From a virus (lineage: Duplodnaviria > Caudoviricetes), in IMG/VR virus record IMGVR_UViG_3300033076_001434, positions 1 through 38,984 of that record: a DNA stretch of 38,984 bases; one strand, 5' to 3'. Below, piece after piece: positions 35,453 through 38,984 of this stretch. Made by a program: the position numbers and the translations under genes. The notes beneath the pieces are model-generated. The model ran no database searches, was not told where the DNA came from, and was given only the letters and a program-made list of their open reading frames with translations. Position 1 is the stretch's first letter. Every line of letters starts with the position of its first letter.

Positions 35453-35641
35453 ATGACAGCGGAATTAATATTGTTAGAAAAATATCAAGAAACAATAGAA
35501 TTATTGAAAGAACATCTTGAGTCACAGAAACAATTAACACAAATGTATAAGGAACATAGTCAAGTGTTGCAAGACCAATTAGACAACTCAATAAGAATGG
35601 TTGGGGAATTGGTAGAAATAAATAAAAAATTAGTAAAATAA
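35453..35641 (+). CDS. Small coiled-coil protein
   Basis: 62 aa with heptad pattern. Confidence 0.65.
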   Translation: MTAELILLEKYQETIELLKEHLESQKQLTQMYKEHSQVLQDQLDNSIRMVGELVEINKKLVK

Positions 35642-35644
35642 GTT

Positions 35645-35920
35645 ATGACGGGATTTATATTAGGATTTTTAGTATTTGTAGGTGTGTTAATGATGATTAT
35701 AGCATTTGCAATGAAAGTAATTGGTGGTGATAAAAACATGGAAAGTTTATTTGCCGCAGGAATGACATTAGCATTGATGTGTGCTTTTACTTTAGGAGGT
35801 TATGTGTTTTATAAACAAGATCATAAAGTAAAATACCAAATTAAACCATCAGTTGAAATTGTAATTAAAGATGGTAAAGCAGATACAACATACATTTATA
35901 AGTTTGAAGAAAAAGAATAA
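35645..35920 (+). CDS. Small two-TM membrane protein
   Basis: Two hydrophobic segments; C-terminal DTTYIYKF. Confidence 0.7.
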   Translation: MTGFILGFLVFVGVLMMIIAFAMKVIGGDKNMESLFAAGMTLALMCAFTLGGYVFYKQDHKVKYQIKPSVEIVIKDGKADTTYIYKFEEKE

Positions 35921-35923
35921 GTT

Positions 35924-36178
35924 ATGAAAAAAATACTATTAACACTGTTACTTATCATAACATTAGTTAGTTGTGATAGTGAACAGGGTGGTAAAGCAAT
36001 TTATAGTAGTGTAGTTATCTTGAGAAAAGAACAAGGAACATCAAATTACAGTGGACAATATTATTCAATGTATATTTACAATGGTCAAACTTCAAAATGG
36101 TACTATACAAATCAACAAACGTACAGCATGTATAATGTTGGTGATACAATTAACACATTAATTTTTACAGGACAATAA
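35924..36178 (+). CDS. Putative lipoprotein
   Basis: MKKILLTLLLIITLVS-C lipobox. Confidence 0.7.
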   Translation: MKKILLTLLLIITLVSCDSEQGGKAIYSSVVILRKEQGTSNYSGQYYSMYIYNGQTSKWYYTNQQTYSMYNVGDTINTLIFTGQ

Positions 36179-36181
36179 GTT

Positions 36182-36391
36182 ATGGTAGCACATTTAAAAA
36201 CAATAGCAATTTTATCACTCATAGGTAGTTTGGTATGTCTTATGGTTATGTTTCCTAAAGTATCAATACCTATTTTACTTATTGGAGCAACAATAGTTCT
36301 CTACTATAGTATCTATAGATTAGTAAAAGATAAAGATAATAACTACGAAGATTTAGGTGCTTACAATAACGGAGGTAGAGATATAGATTAA
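36182..36391 (+). CDS. Small two-TM membrane protein
   Basis: Two hydrophobic helices; paralog-like to 36402. Confidence 0.7.
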   Translation: MVAHLKTIAILSLIGSLVCLMVMFPKVSIPILLIGATIVLYYSIYRLVKDKDNNYEDLGAYNNGGRDID

Positions 36392-36401
36392 AAAATAAGT
36401 T

Positions 36402-36587
36402 ATGAAAACACATTTAAAAGCATTAGCAATAGTATTATCATTTCTAGCATTGATGTCAATTATAGGAATTATAATTTCATATATAGTTACTAATTTTCCC
36501 GCTAAAGTAGGAACATATGTAGTAAGTTTAGGTTTACTTTCAATTTTTTATTGGTTAGTTTGGAGAGATTTAAAAGACAGAGAATAA
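36402..36587 (+). CDS. Small two-TM membrane protein
   Basis: Two hydrophobic helices; paralog-like to 36182. Confidence 0.7.
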   Translation: MKTHLKALAIVLSFLALMSIIGIIISYIVTNFPAKVGTYVVSLGLLSIFYWLVWRDLKDRE

Positions 36588-36590
36588 GTT

Positions 36591-36839
36591 ATGAAAAAGA
36601 TATTTTTAACATTAGCCGCAGTAACACTATTAGTGTCATGTATTGAAACTAATCCTATTTTAACACATAAAGAATATACAATTGTAGATACAACATATGT
36701 TGGTAGGAATGGATTTGGGGTAATTCTTCATTATGATGTAATTCTACTGAATCATTATGATAGTATGTATCATGTAGGTTCAATTACAACAGAAGGAAAA
36801 TTAACAGATTATAATCCACGTCCTATTAAATTAAAATAA
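36591..36839 (+). CDS. Putative lipoprotein
   Basis: MKKIFLTLAAVTLLVS-C lipobox. Confidence 0.7.
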   Translation: MKKIFLTLAAVTLLVSCIETNPILTHKEYTIVDTTYVGRNGFGVILHYDVILLNHYDSMYHVGSITTEGKLTDYNPRPIKLK

Positions 36840-36852
36840 GTTATATTTTATT

Positions 36853-37200
36853 ATGCATTTTACATATAATTTGAGCGAGACAGAGTATTTGGTGTTTAAA
36901 ACACAACGTGATCATTTTGAGTTATTTTCAGGTCATGAGGCAGCTGGTGAGTTAAAGAAAATAGCTAACTATAAAGGTGGTAAATGGACATTTGATTCAT
37001 TTGATCAGAAGAAATTGTTTTGGTTTCTGTATAGTATTTTTAAAGTTGATTTTGGTAAGGCGCTTAAACAATATATTCGTTCGTTGAATGAGAAGCCTAA
37101 AACATATGTTATCCAATGTGCTAAACGTAGGTTTGATATTAAGGTACAGAAAATGAAACGTAACTGGGATAATTGGTTTTATGGTTTAGCTAGTAGGTAA
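36853..37200 (+). CDS. Hypothetical protein
   Basis: 115 aa ORF. Confidence 0.7.
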   Translation: MHFTYNLSETEYLVFKTQRDHFELFSGHEAAGELKKIANYKGGKWTFDSFDQKKLFWFLYSIFKVDFGKALKQYIRSLNEKPKTYVIQCAKRRFDIKVQKMKRNWDNWFYGLASR

Positions 37201-37201
37201 T

Positions 37202-37354
37202 ATGCCTTGGTACAATAAATATTTCTTTCATATGTTTTATGGTTCAGTAGCATTTATATTAGGATTAAGTGCTGTACAAGCTAGAAAAACATATAAGGAA
37301 ACAAGGAAACCTAAATTTAAAGTTGAAACAAGTTTTAAAGATACAATCAAATGA
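37202..37354 (+). CDS. Small membrane protein, 50 aa (not in track)
   Basis: MPWYNKYFFHMFYGSVAFILGLSAV... Confidence 0.5.
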   Translation: MPWYNKYFFHMFYGSVAFILGLSAVQARKTYKETRKPKFKVETSFKDTIK

Positions 37355-37506
37355 GATTTAATCCTTATAGTTTAGTTTTAATTTTAGCATTTAGTATTAT
37401 AGTTTCAATAACAAATAAAACAATAAAAAATAGAGAATATGAAAAAACAACTAATGACTCTTGTATTGGTCTTGTCGACAGTACTAGGGTTGAATGCAAA
37501 ATGTGA
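37351..37506 (+). CDS. Possible small membrane protein, 51 aa (not in track)
   Basis: ATGA coupling and N-terminal TM, but overlaps the next gene by 68 nt. Confidence 0.35.
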   Translation: MRFNPYSLVLILAFSIIVSITNKTIKNREYEKTTNDSCIGLVDSTRVECKM

Positions 37507-38302
37507 TTGGAGTACATTGAAGCTCCAGCAATGGAACCAAGGTACTTTGTACAAGTGGTATGTAAGTGGTAAAGTATTAGATGATACTTGTGTTGATTAC
37601 ATGTTTATGGTTTATGATAATCAAACCAAGAAAATTGATACTATGGATTCCTTTAGAGGTGTCTGTGAAGTTCAATTTAATAAAAAAGGTAAGTACAAAA
37701 TGTACTTGAAGGTTTGGAACAAGTGTGAAAAATGCGACACTGCCTTGATGCGTGAAGTTAATATTATTTATTTTCCTAAATGTAGTTTTGTTTATGGTTT
37801 AAGAAGTTCAACTGGTACTAATTGTGTTGATAGTATTGTTGGTGAAATGACTTTAGGTCCTTGGATTAAAGGTGATACTTGCTGGCAATGGTATTCTTAT
37901 ATTTGGAATGGACCTATGTTGGATTCATTGTCACAACATGATTGGGATTCAATGAGTGATTATCAATTATGGAACTATTATGACTTTAATGATTCAGATC
38001 TAATTTGGTATAAAGGACCAGGTAATGATGCTCGTAGGATTGCTCTTAAATTCCCTCATGACGGCCATTATTTGATTGCTACTCAATGGTATAATGCTTG
38101 TTTGGATCAAGATACATTCTTTTTCACACGTGTTACTGTTGAAACATGTGTTACTAACGCCGTTAAAACGTTTATTAAACGCGAACCTAAATTAGTTGGT
38201 ACGTTTGATATGTTGGGAAGGCCAGTTGTTAATATACGTAAAGATGAAATTATTATTTACTTATATGATGATGGTTCAACTAAAAAAGTAATACAACATT
38301 AA
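37439..38302 (+). CDS. Secreted Cys-rich beta protein (PKD-like repeats) with T9SS-like C-terminal tail
   Basis: Sec signal ending GLNA; F...GKY.M.L.V.N.C..DT and F...GHY.I.....N.C...DT repeats; FDMLGR.V...[13 protein letters not shown]. Confidence 0.6.
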   Translation: MKKQLMTLVLVLSTVLGLNAKCDWSTLKLQQWNQGTLYKWYVSGKVLDDTCVDYMFMVYDNQTKKIDTMDSFRGVCEVQFNKKGKYKMYLKVWNKCEKCDTALMREVNIIYFPKCSFVYGLRSSTGTNCVDSIVGEMTLGPWIKGDTCWQWYSYIWNGPMLDSLSQHDWDSMSDYQLWNYYDFNDSDLIWYKGPGNDARRIALKFPHDGHYLIATQWYNACLDQDTFFFTRVTVETCVTNAVKTFIKREPKLVGTFDMLGRPVVNIRKDEIIIYLYDDGSTKKVIQH

Positions 38303-38314
38303 TAAAAATTAAAA

Positions 38315-38343
38315 TTGGAGCCCCGAAAGGGGCTCCTTATATT
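38315..38343 (+). promoter_or_regulatory. Class I promoter upstream of thyA
   Basis: TTGG 38315, TATATT 38338, ATG 38350. Confidence 0.7.
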
Positions 38344-38344
38344 T
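38317..38344 (+). terminator. GNRA-loop terminator-like hairpin
   Basis: GGAGCCCC-GAAA-GGGGCTCC followed by TTATATTT. Confidence 0.7.
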
Positions 38345-38349
38345 CGAGT

Positions 38350-38984
38350 ATGAATAATCTAGATAAACAATATCAAGATTTACTTCAATCTATTTTAGAT
38401 TATGGAGTAGAAAAGAAAGACAGAACTGGTACTGGCACTAAATCAATATTTGGTTATACTATCAGACATAAAATGTCAGATGGGTTTCCTTTGCTTACAA
38501 CCAAGAAAATGGCTTGGAAGACAATGGTTACTGAATTGCTTTGGTTCTTAAGAGGCGATACTAATATTAAATTCTTAGTTGATAATAACTGTCATATTTG
38601 GGACGGTGATGCTTATAAAGCGTATATTAAAAGATATAATAAAGGTGAATATGTTGGTAAAACCAAATTATTAGAAAATTCTAAGAAAAATAGAACATTG
38701 ACTGAACCATTCACACAAGAAGAATTCATCAACAAAATTAAAACAGATGATGAGTTTGCTAAGAAGTGGGGTGAATTAGGACCAATTTATGGTAAGCAAT
38801 GGAGAAGTTGGAGCCGAAATGCAACTCGTGATGAGAAAATAGTTGACCCTGGTGTTTATATAAAACAAATAGACCAAATCCAAAACCTAATCAATGACCT
38901 TAAAACTAATCCAGACTCAAGACGACTAATAGTTTCAGCTTGGAATGTAGGTGAATTAGACCAAATGGTTCTTCCTCCTTGTCA
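38350..38984 (+). CDS. thyA: Thymidylate synthase, 3'-truncated by window (not in ORF track)
   Basis: [52 protein letters not shown]. Confidence 0.96.
   Translation, partial: MNNLDKQYQDLLQSILDYGVEKKDRTGTGTKSIFGYTIRHKMSDGFPLLTTKKMAWKTMVTELLWFLRGDTNIKFLVDNNCHIWDGDAYKAYIKRYNKGEYVGKTKLLENSKKNRTLTEPFTQEEFINKIKTDDEFAKKWGELGPIYGKQWRSWSRNATRDEKIVDPGVYIKQIDQIQNLINDLKTNPDSRRLIVSAWNVGELDQMVLPPC

Noticed and set aside
1-38984. Stop-codon reassignment
   Set aside because: Conserved genes are full length in the standard code; TAG and TGA end genes at expected positions
2405-38984. Uracil- or hydroxymethyluracil-substituted genome
   Set aside because: A canonical dUTPase and a ThyA-like N-terminal part suggest normal dTTP synthesis, although the ThyA specificity residue lies beyond the window
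1-38984. tRNA, rRNA or riboswitch (e.g. preQ1) genes
   Set aside because: After adding the micro-ORFs no intergenic space is long enough, and no cloverleaf or aptamer motif was recognised by eye

Overview
The window is a dense, AT-rich segment of a large T4-like (jumbo-type) tailed phage genome with all genes on the + strand. The host is most probably Bacteroidota: there are Bacteroidota-type -33/-7 promoters, essentially no Shine-Dalgarno sites and a T9SS-like C-terminal tail. Gene order: (1) nucleotide/7-deazaguanine genes (partial queE, thioesterase, thioredoxin, hpt, folE, dut); (2) replication and chaperone core (family B DNA polymerase, sliding clamp, GroES/GroEL, clamp loader, MazG-like and Cas4-like proteins); (3) a ~15.6 kb glycan locus (12214-27824) with 4 recognisable and 2 putative glycosyltransferases, an FkbM methyltransferase, a 2OG-Fe(II) oxygenase, and a nucleotide-sugar pathway (RmlC-like epimerase, minimal ThDP E1-alpha/beta pair, His-type ColD-like 3-dehydratase, several SDRs, DmhA/Gmd-type 4,6-dehydratase, HldE-type heptose kinase), predicted by inference to make a branched 3,6-dideoxy sugar, possibly a heptose; (4) an accessory region of small, membrane and lipoprotein genes joined by TAAGTTATG junctions, plus a transglycosylase, an SGNH hydrolase and a secreted protein; (5) partial thyA. 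Twelve copies of TTG(G)...TATATT with identical spacing mark gene starts, four are embedded in terminator-like hairpins, and five sit exactly 12 nt before an ATG, suggesting leaderless mRNAs. All calls come from motif reading; no searches were run.
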